This document shows positions 28,393 to 36,560 of a DNA stretch of 44,825 bases, one piece after another. Each line of letters starts with the position of its first letter. The stretch's first letter is position 1. The position numbers and the translations under genes are program-made. The notes under the pieces were generated by a model, which searched no databases, was not told the DNA's origin, and was given only the letters and a program-made list of their open reading frames with translations. The DNA comes from a virus (lineage: Duplodnaviria; Caudoviricetes): positions 1-44,825 of the IMG/VR virus record IMGVR_UViG_3300048856_000103. One strand, given 5' to 3'.

Positions 28393-28962
28393 TTAGCTCT
28401 GTTTCATGGCTTGGAGAAGATCGGCATCGCCCATCCGTCCTGCGTCGTTGAAGACTCGGCGGAACGTACCCGCCAGGTGCTTTTCGATTTGCCAGGGATC
28501 GGTCATTGCCGCCAGCTCGGGCGCCAACTGGGGCGACAGGCCAAACACCAGATCGCGCAGCATGCGGCCAGCGGTAAATGCCGCTTGGGTAACGGCTTCG
28601 CGCTCAACGAGGTTGCCCTGGACTTTGTGGAACTCGGCCTCGGCGAGCTGCGCGAGGAAGTACTCGCGTTGGGCTCGGGCCTTCTGGTAGTCCGGCGCCT
28701 TGCCGGTGGGCGGCACCGCAGGTGTTTCGGCGGTGATCGACAGCTCTGGATACACGTCCCGTTCGAGGCGGTCCTGATCATGCCGTGCGGTGACGGCTGC
28801 TTTGCTCGGATCAGCCGATGAGGCGAGGAGCAGCTCGGTGGCTTCGAGATCGATCTTGCCGTCCTCGGTCAGGACCAGGCGTTCTAGTTTGGCCAGCTTG
28901 GAAACGTACGATTTTGCCCAGCCACGGCGGGCGGCAAACTCCGTTTTGCTGATGACGGTCAT
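28393..28962 (-). CDS. Terminase small subunit (Nu1-like)
   Basis: N-terminal HTH (EFA.RRGW.KSYVSKL), Y..ARA.RE; directly before terL. Confidence 0.88.
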   Translation of the reverse strand: MTVISKTEFAARRGWAKSYVSKLAKLERLVLTEDGKIDLEATELLLASSADPSKAAVTARHDQDRLERDVYPELSITAETPAVPPTGKAPDYQKARAQREYFLAQLAEAEFHKVQGNLVEREAVTQAAFTAGRMLRDLVFGLSPQLAPELAAMTDPWQIEKHLAGTFRRVFNDAGRMGDADLLQAMKQS

Positions 28963-28975
28963 GATGAGAAGTCCA

Positions 28976-29110
28976 GTTCACCCACTAAATACAGGTAGTT
29001 CACCTGTTCACTCGGTTCACTAAGCTGGTGAACCACCCGCTAACAAAATGCCGCGGGTTTCCTGCCCCGTACCCCGGCCAACCCGGCAGGGTCCCCGGCC
29101 CCTTCCTGAC
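28976..29110. promoter_or_regulatory. Candidate cos/packaging site with GTTCAC repeats
   Basis: GTTCAC at 28976, 28998, 29006 and 29015, inverted GTGAAC at 29028, then a GC-rich block, all just upstream of terS. Confidence 0.5.
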
Positions 29111-29124
29111 CGAAAATCGGCATT

Positions 29125-29472
29125 TCACGGCTGATTTTCGCCGGAGCCCGACGTCAGATCGGCAACCCCCAGCCGTTTTGCCGCCCAGCGCTCGTACAAG
29201 CTGATCGCGACGTCAGCGCCGGCCGTGGCTGCCAGGCAACCGAGACCGCCTGCTGCAAGAATGGAAGCGCCTGCAGCCATCAGCAGCATCATGGTCGTCA
29301 CGCCGGACACCACACACGCACCGGACCGCAGCGCCAATCGCCGCAGTAAGGCCCAGCCGTGCATCCCATCTTTATCCGCGCGCCACATCTCGCCAGACAC
29401 TCCACCGACGATTGCCAGGATGATCACGGTCCAGATCGGCATGTCGGCCAAAGCTTGTTGTTCGTTTGTCAT
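29125..29472 (-). CDS. Holin
   Basis: MTNEQQALADMP, GGVSGEMWRADK, three hydrophobic helices; first late gene. Confidence 0.85.
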   Translation of the reverse strand: MTNEQQALADMPIWTVIILAIVGGVSGEMWRADKDGMHGWALLRRLALRSGACVVSGVTTMMLLMAAGASILAAGGLGCLAATAGADVAISLYERWAAKRLGVADLTSGSGENQP

Positions 29473-29541
29473 CAGGTACATCCTCACCACGCGTATTGCG
29501 TGTAAACATAATTGGATAGCTTTGAGAACTGGAGATTTGCC

Positions 29542-29928
29542 ATGACTACTTTTGAAACCATCAGCGTGCTGATAGCTGTCGCTGCACTTGCCATTGCGGC
29601 AATCGGCGTTCCGACATTTGTGCTGATGTGGTCTCAAGCATCCGATGTCCACAGAGATCGCTTTCGCAAAACATGGTCATGGATAGGACAAAAAGCATAT
29701 CGGGGCTGGGCTTACATATCCGGCCTTGCCTTGGTGGTCAGGGGGATATGGGAAATGGTGCAGTTTGCTATCGATCCGACCGCCCCTACCCGAATGGACA
29801 TCATTAACCATGAGATGAACTTGTTCAGTCTTTGCGTTTTCAGTGCGGTGACCATCGGGATGTTCGTGTTCTTCACCAAGGTCGATCAGAAGAACCGCGA
29901 GACCACCGCCAACGAACAGGCAGCCTAG
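29542..29928 (+). CDS. Small membrane protein moron (about 3 TM)
   Basis: GGAG RBS, hydrophobic helices, own terminator; antisense to the late operon. Confidence 0.72.
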   Translation: MTTFETISVLIAVAALAIAAIGVPTFVLMWSQASDVHRDRFRKTWSWIGQKAYRGWAYISGLALVVRGIWEMVQFAIDPTAPTRMDIINHEMNLFSLCVFSAVTIGMFVFFTKVDQKNRETTANEQAA

Positions 29929-29934
29929 AAATGC

Positions 29935-29961
29935 AAAAACCCGGCTGAGTGGCCGGGTTTT
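29935..29961. terminator. Bidirectional intrinsic terminator
   Basis: AAAACCCGGC-TGAGTG-GCCGGGTTTT. Confidence 0.8.
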
Positions 29962-30012
29962 GAATCGATGTGGTTTGCGCCTTCTGCGCCCGCACCTATC
30001 GAAGATGACTAC

Positions 30013-30041
30013 TTTTTACAGGTCGATTTTCCTGGCATCAA
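30013..30041 (-). promoter_or_regulatory. Candidate late promoter (pR'-like)
   Basis: TTGATG-17 bp-TAAAAA on the minus strand, about 50 bp upstream of the terminator and ahead of the holin. Confidence 0.4.
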
Positions 30042-30144
30042 CCCTGTTTTAACGCCACCGGCGAATATGTAGTCAACACAGCACCAACGCCCCGGCAATA
30101 TCGACGAATACACCCACCCGGCCATTCGCTTTTGATCAGCGATC

Positions 30145-30410
30145 GGGCTGTCCCAAAGGCCTCAAGCAAGGCGGGACAGCTGAGAGCCCCGCAAATCAAA
30201 GCACTGCCCCACTGTCCTACTATTACTTCTCTTTTCTCGTATATAGAGAGAAAGGAAAAACACGCATGCGCGTGAAACGCGCGTACACCTCCGCCCGCTA
30301 GGCTCACATGCGCAAGGGCGTTGAAGATGGGACGGTGGGACAGCCCAACAACGACAAGGCCCGCGCGCGTCTCACTGCTACGCGAGCAGCGGGACAAGGC
30401 GGGCCAAAGC
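30145..30410. other. Candidate replication origin
   Basis: TGTCCC/GGGACA-like repeats (30149, 30173, 30205, 30213, 30329, 30337, 30391, 30401) around an AT-rich, strand-skewed core (30220-30260). Confidence 0.5.
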
Positions 30411-30438
30411 CGCAAGAGCACTGCGAGGACGCGAGGGA

Positions 30439-30801
30439 TCAAGCCGCCTTCCCCATCAGCAAGCCGGCAATGCACTCATGAGCGTGGTGCAGGCGCTGGT
30501 AATAGGTCTTCGAGCTGCAGCGGCAATGCAGCATCTTCTGCGAGAGGAAGCTATCCCGATTGCAGTAATGCTCTCGCACCACCACCGCCAGTTCCGGCGC
30601 CAGATGCTTGTTCACGATCAGCTCGATATCCGCCGATTCATCCAGCAGCACCCGGCTCCCCCGCGTGCCTCGGATCAGCTCGCCCTTGCACTCCATCAGC
30701 ATCGCGATCATGTTGCCGCCGCTCGCACCGGCAATGCCCCGGCACGGTGAATGCAGATCCTCGGCCCACAGCTTCAGCATCTCGTCGATCCGTTTAATCA
30801 T
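30439..30801 (-). CDS. Late-gene regulator, Q-antiterminator/PA0613-like
   Basis: MIKRIDEMLKLWA...EHY...CS.KTYY.RLH.AH C-terminal HTH-like segment; between replication and lysis genes. Confidence 0.65.
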   Translation of the reverse strand: MIKRIDEMLKLWAEDLHSPCRGIAGASGGNMIAMLMECKGELIRGTRGSRVLLDESADIELIVNKHLAPELAVVVREHYCNRDSFLSQKMLHCRCSSKTYYQRLHHAHECIAGLLMGKAA

Positions 30802-33013
30802 CGAAGCAAGGCTCCTCGACTGGATCAAGCACCAGCGCGCTCGGTCCGCCCCAGCCATTCGGCTTTTTGTAGCCCCAAGGCCGTACTCTGCTTTTTGCCA
30901 ACGCAGGCAGGCGCACCCGTCGCCATCCGAGGCGATGCATGATTGCCCCGACGCGCATCTGCTCTGGCTTGCCCCAGTGGCCAAAATCTAGCTTCAGCGC
31001 CTGCGCAAGCACCTCGCACCCGGTCGTGGTTTCGCCGATCTGCGACTCCTCGAGCCACATCAGAATCGGCCCCTCCCATTCATCCACCACAAAGCGCTCG
31101 TCCTGCTCCTCGGTGAACATCCCCGCCTCGTCTTTATTCACCCACCAGCGTTCGCCCGCGAGGTAACACGACATAGCTTCAGCCCAGAGCTGATCCCGAA
31201 ACTCACGCAGTGCATCAATGTCAGCCTTCGTGCATAGCACCGGCCAGTAACGACGGTTGCCGGTGGGATCCTTCAGATACTCGCCTTGGTTCGTCGTGCC
31301 AACGAACACACACTGGCGCGGCACGTCGTTCGTTCTGCGGCCGTAGCTCTCCCGGTAGGTGTCGGTGGACGCCGAGAAGAACTGCTTCGCCTTGGTGCTC
31401 TCTGCCTTGTTGAAACTGTCCAGCTCCCCCAGCTCGATCAGCCATTTGCCGCGCAGCGACATGAATGCCTCCTTGTCCCCGAGCACAAAGGGCGTGTCCA
31501 TGAACCAGTCGCCGCCCAATGCAGCGACAGCTGAGGACTTGCCTTCGCCCTGCAGGCCTTCGAGGATCAGCACGCAATCGGCTTTGCAGCCGGGCTTCAT
31601 CACCCGCGCGACTGCCGCGATCATCCAGCGCTTGGCGACCTTGCTCACATACTCACTGGGCGTGACGCCCATAAAATCCGTTAGCCAGGTATCGAGGCGG
31701 GGCACACGGTCCCATTCCAGTCCGTGCAGATAGTCGCGGACCGGGTGGAAGGAATGGTCATGCGCGACCACGCTCACGGCCTCGATCACGCTGGACGGCT
31801 TCACCCGCAGGTTGTATTGCTGGGCCAGCCACTTCATCACGCGCGTGTCATCAATGTCGGCCCACGCCCCGATATCGCCGCCATAAGGAGCCGTGCGCGA
31901 TTTGACGATCTTTGAACTGAACGCGCAGTAACTGATGACGCCTTTCCATCGCTCATCATTGGCAAGGATCATCTCGACGTTGGACATGTGGGCGATCAAT
32001 GCACCGTTCTCGGTACGCGCAAGACCGTCCTTCCAGCCCCCAGCCGCCGGCGGCTTGATGACCGCGAGCACCTGACGCCGAACAGCCTCAAGCCCTTCCG
32101 CGCAGTGCAGGTCGTTAAAGTCGGTCCACTTGTCGTGACGTTCGCCCGAAAAGACCGGACCCACCACCTGCCCGCCGACGATCAACGCCGCATTCGCGCC
32201 CTTCTCCTCGCCAGGGTTCCACAGCTCGCCATTCGGTCGTTTCGTCTTCCAGTCATCGTCCCGGCACACGATCAGCGGGCGCCCGGGAAAACGATCACGC
32301 ATGGTCTTCGCCACTTCCCGCAGATTGCCCGCGTCGAACGCGACCGCGACCGTTGCCGAAGTGGCCATGTGCAGACTGGCGCCCGTTGCATACCCCTCGC
32401 AGACCAGCACCGGTTCGCCCGGCTCAGGATGCGGACCGATAAGATGGAAAGCCCCCTCTTTGCTCATCCCGTACGGCCAATAGGACTTGTCTCGCCCGGT
32501 ATTCTCCTGCACCTCGGGGAAGATCACCTGCAGACCGACAATCTTGTCGCGGGCATCGCACATCGGCACCAGGACTGCACCCGTGCGCGGTGCATAGCGG
32601 ACGCCGAAACCAACAATCTGTTTGCGGTCCAGGTATAGGCTTTTGCCCTTCTCAGGCATCCGCTTGAACAGGCTGGATGCGCGACTGGCCGCCCGACGAG
32701 CAGCGTTGGCCGCCATCTCCGCAGCCCGCCGCTTCGCCTCCTCCTGCCGGGCGCGCATCACCTCACGCTCCTCCGCAGTCATCCGCCCGGCCTTCACCTT
32801 GATCTTCTGTGACTCGCCGGAGCGCCAGTCGCCAAAGCTGCCAAAAATGAGCGTCTCCCCCTTCTCGGTGCGATGCTCATGCAACACGTACCAGCCGTTC
32901 TTCTCCCTGCCCTTGTCCTGAGACGTCTTGCAGCGAGTCAGCTTGCCGTACACCAGGGGCACAGCGGGCTCCAGACCGTAATCTGCAAGTTGCCCCATTA
33001 CTTCATCAATCAT
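30794..33013 (-). CDS. Primase-helicase (Toprim + VapE/VirE SF3-type helicase)
   Basis: CEGYATG, DDD, TDFNDL; GLQGEGKS, ELGEL, GTTN, DPTGNRRYWP. Confidence 0.92.
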   Translation of the reverse strand: MIDEVMGQLADYGLEPAVPLVYGKLTRCKTSQDKGREKNGWYVLHEHRTEKGETLIFGSFGDWRSGESQKIKVKAGRMTAEEREVMRARQEEAKRRAAEMAANAARRAASRASSLFKRMPEKGKSLYLDRKQIVGFGVRYAPRTGAVLVPMCDARDKIVGLQVIFPEVQENTGRDKSYWPYGMSKEGAFHLIGPHPEPGEPVLVCEGYATGASLHMATSATVAVAFDAGNLREVAKTMRDRFPGRPLIVCRDDDWKTKRPNGELWNPGEEKGANAALIVGGQVVGPVFSGERHDKWTDFNDLHCAEGLEAVRRQVLAVIKPPAAGGWKDGLARTENGALIAHMSNVEMILANDERWKGVISYCAFSSKIVKSRTAPYGGDIGAWADIDDTRVMKWLAQQYNLRVKPSSVIEAVSVVAHDHSFHPVRDYLHGLEWDRVPRLDTWLTDFMGVTPSEYVSKVAKRWMIAAVARVMKPGCKADCVLILEGLQGEGKSSAVAALGGDWFMDTPFVLGDKEAFMSLRGKWLIELGELDSFNKAESTKAKQFFSASTDTYRESYGRRTNDVPRQCVFVGTTNQGEYLKDPTGNRRYWPVLCTKADIDALREFRDQLWAEAMSCYLAGERWWVNKDEAGMFTEEQDERFVVDEWEGPILMWLEESQIGETTTGCEVLAQALKLDFGHWGKPEQMRVGAIMHRLGWRRVRLPALAKSRVRPWGYKKPNGWGGPSALVLDPVEEPCFDD

Positions 33014-33221
33014 GTCGAACTCCCTGTACTTCCAACTTCGTCTGGCACTGCATGCACCGCACGCAGTTGGCAACGGCAAATCGCCGGGGCCAGGGAATCA
33101 AAGCTGCACACCCGACACAAAACATCGATGGGGCCTGAGCCTCGGCAGGCTTACGCGCTGCCAAGGCCAGATCCATCGACTTCAACATCAAGTCATTCGC
33201 AAAGTCGGCGGCGTCAGACAT
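33006..33221 (-). CDS. TraR/DksA C4-type zinc finger protein (PtrB-like)
   Basis: D..DFAND, C..C...IP..RR.....C..C..CQ. Confidence 0.9.
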   Translation of the reverse strand: MSDAADFANDLMLKSMDLALAARKPAEAQAPSMFCVGCAALIPWPRRFAVANCVRCMQCQTKLEVQGVRHD

Positions 33222-33299
33222 GGCACACCCCCAACTTGCGTGTGGCTACCGTTAGTTGTCCACGTAGGAACAATCCTCGGCATTTTTCGGAAAGATCCC

Positions 33300-33539
33300 T
33301 CAGCGTGCGGGGGTCCAATCCTCCAGCCCCATGAGCCGCTTGGCTTCGCCGAACGATAGAATTCGTGCGTCGGCCGGTGGGTTGGAAATGGCGTCCGTGA
33401 GGTACAGAACGCCGCTCGGGATGACCTTCGTTTTGTGCGGAGTATCGAAGACCTGGGAGAAGCCGAAGAAGTCCCGCATACGTTCGGCCAGTTGGGTTTT
33501 GCCGCAGCCTTGTGAGCCCACAACGATTAGGGTTTGCAT
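33300..33539 (-). CDS. Small hypothetical protein with a Walker A-like motif
   Basis: LIVVGSQGCGKT; AAGGA RBS. Confidence 0.6.
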   Translation of the reverse strand: MQTLIVVGSQGCGKTQLAERMRDFFGFSQVFDTPHKTKVIPSGVLYLTDAISNPPADARILSFGEAKRLMGLEDWTPAR

Positions 33540-33667
33540 GCTGTTTTTCCTTTTTGAGTGAATGGGAGTTGCGATGGTGTTTCAAGGAGATATGCGGTAC
33601 GCACACCTCCCCTATTGCTTGAGCAAGCTGAGGGATGGTGGGTGCAGCGCGGTCAACTCGGGCTGGC

Positions 33668-34186
33668 TTATTCACGGTCAGTCCCTCGCGTCGTGCGATG
33701 GACGTAAGTCGCGCGGTTGAGCATCCCGAGCAGGCCCTGAATGCCGCGAAACACCTGCAGGCGAATCTCGGCCATTTCGGAGTCGTTGACTTGCCCGTCA
33801 CCGATGCTTTTCGCCCAGGTGTCCGCCAGATCGGCGACCTGACGGAAGTAAGCAGCGATGCCGACGGTCAACGTCTCAGGCATGTCGCAGGTGTAGGCCT
33901 CGGCCAGCTCCTGCCAGATCGTGTCGCCGACCAGGGCGTGTACAGCGTCGAGAATGCGGCGGTCCTTGGTCAGCTCCAGGATCTCGCCGAACTCCTGCAC
34001 ATTGATCATGTGGCTGGGGTGTGTGGGTGAAAGCTTGTGCTGAAGCGTGGACGCGTTTCTGCCGGTGGTGGCGGCAATTGCAGCGGCGCCCCCGGGGTAG
34101 TCCCGAGCGGCGTGATAGAGCGCTAATTCGAGCGTCAGGACTTCCCTTTGCGCTCGAACAACGGAATTCAGAGCAATACGGCTCAT
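33668..34186 (-). CDS. Phage regulatory CII-family protein
   Basis: ALYHA.RDYPGG, TLQHKLSPT, DG.V...E; downstream of cro. Confidence 0.85.
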   Translation of the reverse strand: MSRIALNSVVRAQREVLTLELALYHAARDYPGGAAAIAATTGRNASTLQHKLSPTHPSHMINVQEFGEILELTKDRRILDAVHALVGDTIWQELAEAYTCDMPETLTVGIAAYFRQVADLADTWAKSIGDGQVNDSEMAEIRLQVFRGIQGLLGMLNRATYVHRTTRGTDRE

Positions 34187-34212
34187 GGCATTAATCCCTT
34201 CAGGTTGCCAGT

Positions 34213-34508
34213 GCCGCGCGGGATGCAATGGTGGTAAATTGCCCGCGTGGCTGAGAGGCCCAAAACGCCGGCTAGACCCGTAAAGTCGAAACCGGCACCG
34301 TGCCGGGGCGGGCAATTCATTTGCTCACCCCTGGCGCAACAGCTGCCCAATCTGTGGTGGAGACGGCAGCAACCAAGGCATCCGTGCCTTGGAATCTCGG
34401 CTAAAACTGACGGTTGTATCGTGGTGTGACCGTTACGTTTTACCGAGACCTGACAGCGTTGTGGTGACGCTGTCGGGGGGAACTGGGCGGCCCTTGGGCC
34501 GCCTTTTT
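34213..34508 (+). ncRNA. Candidate structured non-coding RNA with GUGGUG loops
   Basis: Seven consecutive stems including a terminal terminator; G-U pairs work only on the + strand; 5' end unknown. Confidence 0.55.
34486..34508 (+). terminator. Intrinsic terminator on the + strand, convergent with cro
   Basis: GGCGGCCC-TT-GGGCCGCC-TTTTT. Confidence 0.8.
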
Positions 34509-34511
34509 CTC

Positions 34512-34703
34512 TTAGGCCGCTAGCTGTTTAGTTTCAACGTGGTGAGCGACCTTCAACCTACCTGCGGAAATCGCATGCAGTTCAAACTGACGGAGTCGGG
34601 GGACGTGTTTGCCCCATTGGGAAACAGCGGCAGGGCTGATGCTGAGCGCCTTGGCAAGCCTTGTTTTCCCCTTGAAAAATTTCACGGCGTCTTCGGTAAG
34701 CAT
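34512..34703 (-). CDS. cro: Cro-like repressor
   Basis: DAVKFF.G.T.LA.AL.ISP.AVSQWG..VP..RQ; divergent from cI. Confidence 0.9.
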   Translation of the reverse strand: MLTEDAVKFFKGKTRLAKALSISPAAVSQWGKHVPRLRQFELHAISAGRLKVAHHVETKQLAA

Positions 34704-34732
34704 TGATGGGCTCCTCTAGGTACGGCTCGAAT

Positions 34733-34802
34733 TTAAGTACATTTAATTTTCTTATGCAAGCCCTAAAGATAACTTAATTAAAAAAGTCTTAAGCTAGCTT
34801 AA
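34733..34802. promoter_or_regulatory. OR operator region: three TTAAG-N4-CTTAA sites
   Basis: TTAAGTACATTTAA 34733, TAAAGATAACTTAA 34764, perfect TTAAGCTAGCTTAA 34789. Confidence 0.75.
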
Positions 34803-35428
34803 TGAATATGTCAGAACGCATAGCATTTGCCCTCGCCGAGTCAGGCCGCTCACCCCGTGAGCTGTCCAAGGATATCGGCGTCAGCGTCGCCCGAATCAGT
34901 CAGCTGAAATCGGGTTCAGGAGGAATCAAGGCCGAAAATCTTTTCGCACTTGCCCGTGCCACAGGCTTTTCCCCGCAGTGGATTGCCGATGGCACTGGAT
35001 TAGCAAAAGACACCCACGCCGGTGCCCCAGATTTCAGGCTCATAAGTCAGTTTCGGCCTTCGCGAGACGGTAATCCGGGTGCGCCGATGGCTTTTGATCG
35101 AAAATGGCTACAGAGCATGGGTTTTTCGGAGTCAGCGCTTGAGTACGCCTATCTCCTAGATGGCACCATGGAACCTTCGGTTATTGAGGGAGACCTGGTA
35201 CTTATAGATACCGATCCAGGAAAACTCGAAAGCGGAGGCATTTATTTAGTAGCAAGGTCAGAGACAGAGGCCGTGATTAAGCGATTTCTAAGGACAATGA
35301 CTAATGGTTGGATTATTCGAAGCGACAATGAGAACAAACGCCACTACCCTGATGAAACTGTAGACGAGGATGGAATACTTTCGTTAAAAATTGCGGGACG
35401 CGTCGTCTGGCGTGGCGGTAAAATTTAA
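34802..35428 (+). CDS. cI: CI-like repressor (HTH + S24-like C-terminal domain)
   Basis: N-terminal HTH, W...G.G linker, MEP..GD.VLID, KR, SDN, GRVVW. Confidence 0.9.
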   Translation: MNMSERIAFALAESGRSPRELSKDIGVSVARISQLKSGSGGIKAENLFALARATGFSPQWIADGTGLAKDTHAGAPDFRLISQFRPSRDGNPGAPMAFDRKWLQSMGFSESALEYAYLLDGTMEPSVIEGDLVLIDTDPGKLESGGIYLVARSETEAVIKRFLRTMTNGWIIRSDNENKRHYPDETVDEDGILSLKIAGRVVWRGGKI

Positions 35429-35522
35429 AAGGGACTTTACCTTCGGCGCATGCAGCTAGGCTTAAAGTAAATCATGATAAACATAAATATATAATAACAG
35501 GCATTAGTCCAAGGAGGTCTTT

Positions 35523-36560
35523 GTGGGGTTTTTTACAGAAGATGAAGTGGCAGATCTCAGGATTACACAGATGATCTTGCACGTAGTGGGCGATGAAGAT
35601 TTCATCGCGGAGCCGGTACGCCAGATCGAGCACGAAGAGTTTTTTATAGCTCGAATAATGGATACTGACAGCGATGCGATCTATAGTTTTCGGGATTTGT
35701 CATCGACTAAGTCTCAGCTTGAGCGTATTGCCCAAGGGCATGATACGTTCGAGCATGGTGCACAAAGTCTGTCCGCCGCTTTTTCTCGGATGCACGCTAA
35801 CAACAGTCGTCCCGGCGCATTATTCATATTTGAACTATCAGGCGGCAGCGACAATATCAAGTTATACAGCCTCATTAAGTACGATTACAGCGAGGCGATC
35901 GAGCAAGCAGCGCCGGAAGAAGGGGGACTTCTGCGAAGAATTGTGCACGCTTTTGTTGCGGACAAAAAAGCGATTCAGAAATCTTCGCTGATCAGAATAG
36001 TAAATGGATCAGGTGAGACGCTGGTATCTGCAAAAGACCGCATGAAAAAGGCACCAGAAATAGTTGACTACTTTGCCAACTTCCTTGACGTAGTCAGAAG
36101 CATGTCCGACCAAGAACTTAACACCAAAGTCGTGAAATTACTGCGCGAAACATTGACGCAATGTAGCGCAGATCTTCCAACTTCAGTACCTGTGGCGTTC
36201 GCCGCTGCAAAGTTAGCTATCTCGCAACGGCTCGAAATTTCCGAGGAGGCTATCATAGACGCAGTGCTTGTAGCAGCAGGCAATCCTCAAGATGAGCGAG
36301 TGATTACAAAGCTTCAAAACGCAGCTCGTCGCAAGATCCGAGCTGCGAAGATTGAGAACTTGATCTTTCCTACTGATCAGGCAATTCTAGGACGGCCTCC
36401 TTTAAGAAAGATTCGGACCACCGAAGGTGTAACCCTTCTTTACCCAGACGACGCAGGAATGACGGTGACGCGTCAGACCAAAAATACTGGCGGGGAGATC
36501 ATTACCGTTGATACCGCAGCCGTAACGGAAGACAAGCTTGTTCCTGACAACTCTCGCTAA
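35523..36560 (+). CDS. Nucleoid-associated protein (YejK/NdpA-like)
   Basis: ITQMILHVVG start, GALFIF, SLIKYD, IQKS, YFANFL pattern; AAGGAGG RBS with GTG start; low GC. Confidence 0.65.
   Translation: MGFFTEDEVADLRITQMILHVVGDEDFIAEPVRQIEHEEFFIARIMDTDSDAIYSFRDLSSTKSQLERIAQGHDTFEHGAQSLSAAFSRMHANNSRPGALFIFELSGGSDNIKLYSLIKYDYSEAIEQAAPEEGGLLRRIVHAFVADKKAIQKSSLIRIVNGSGETLVSAKDRMKKAPEIVDYFANFLDVVRSMSDQELNTKVVKLLRETLTQCSADLPTSVPVAFAAAKLAISQRLEISEEAIIDAVLVAAGNPQDERVITKLQNAARRKIRAAKIENLIFPTDQAILGRPPLRKIRTTEGVTLLYPDDAGMTVTRQTKNTGGEIITVDTAAVTEDKLVPDNSR

Noticed and set aside
30038-30475. 145-aa minus-strand ORF
   Set aside because: Runs through repeat-rich origin-like DNA and has no protein-like features
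8646-33334. Many + strand ORFs over the structural and replication genes
   Set aside because: Antisense shadows of high-GC coding sequence without RBS or motifs
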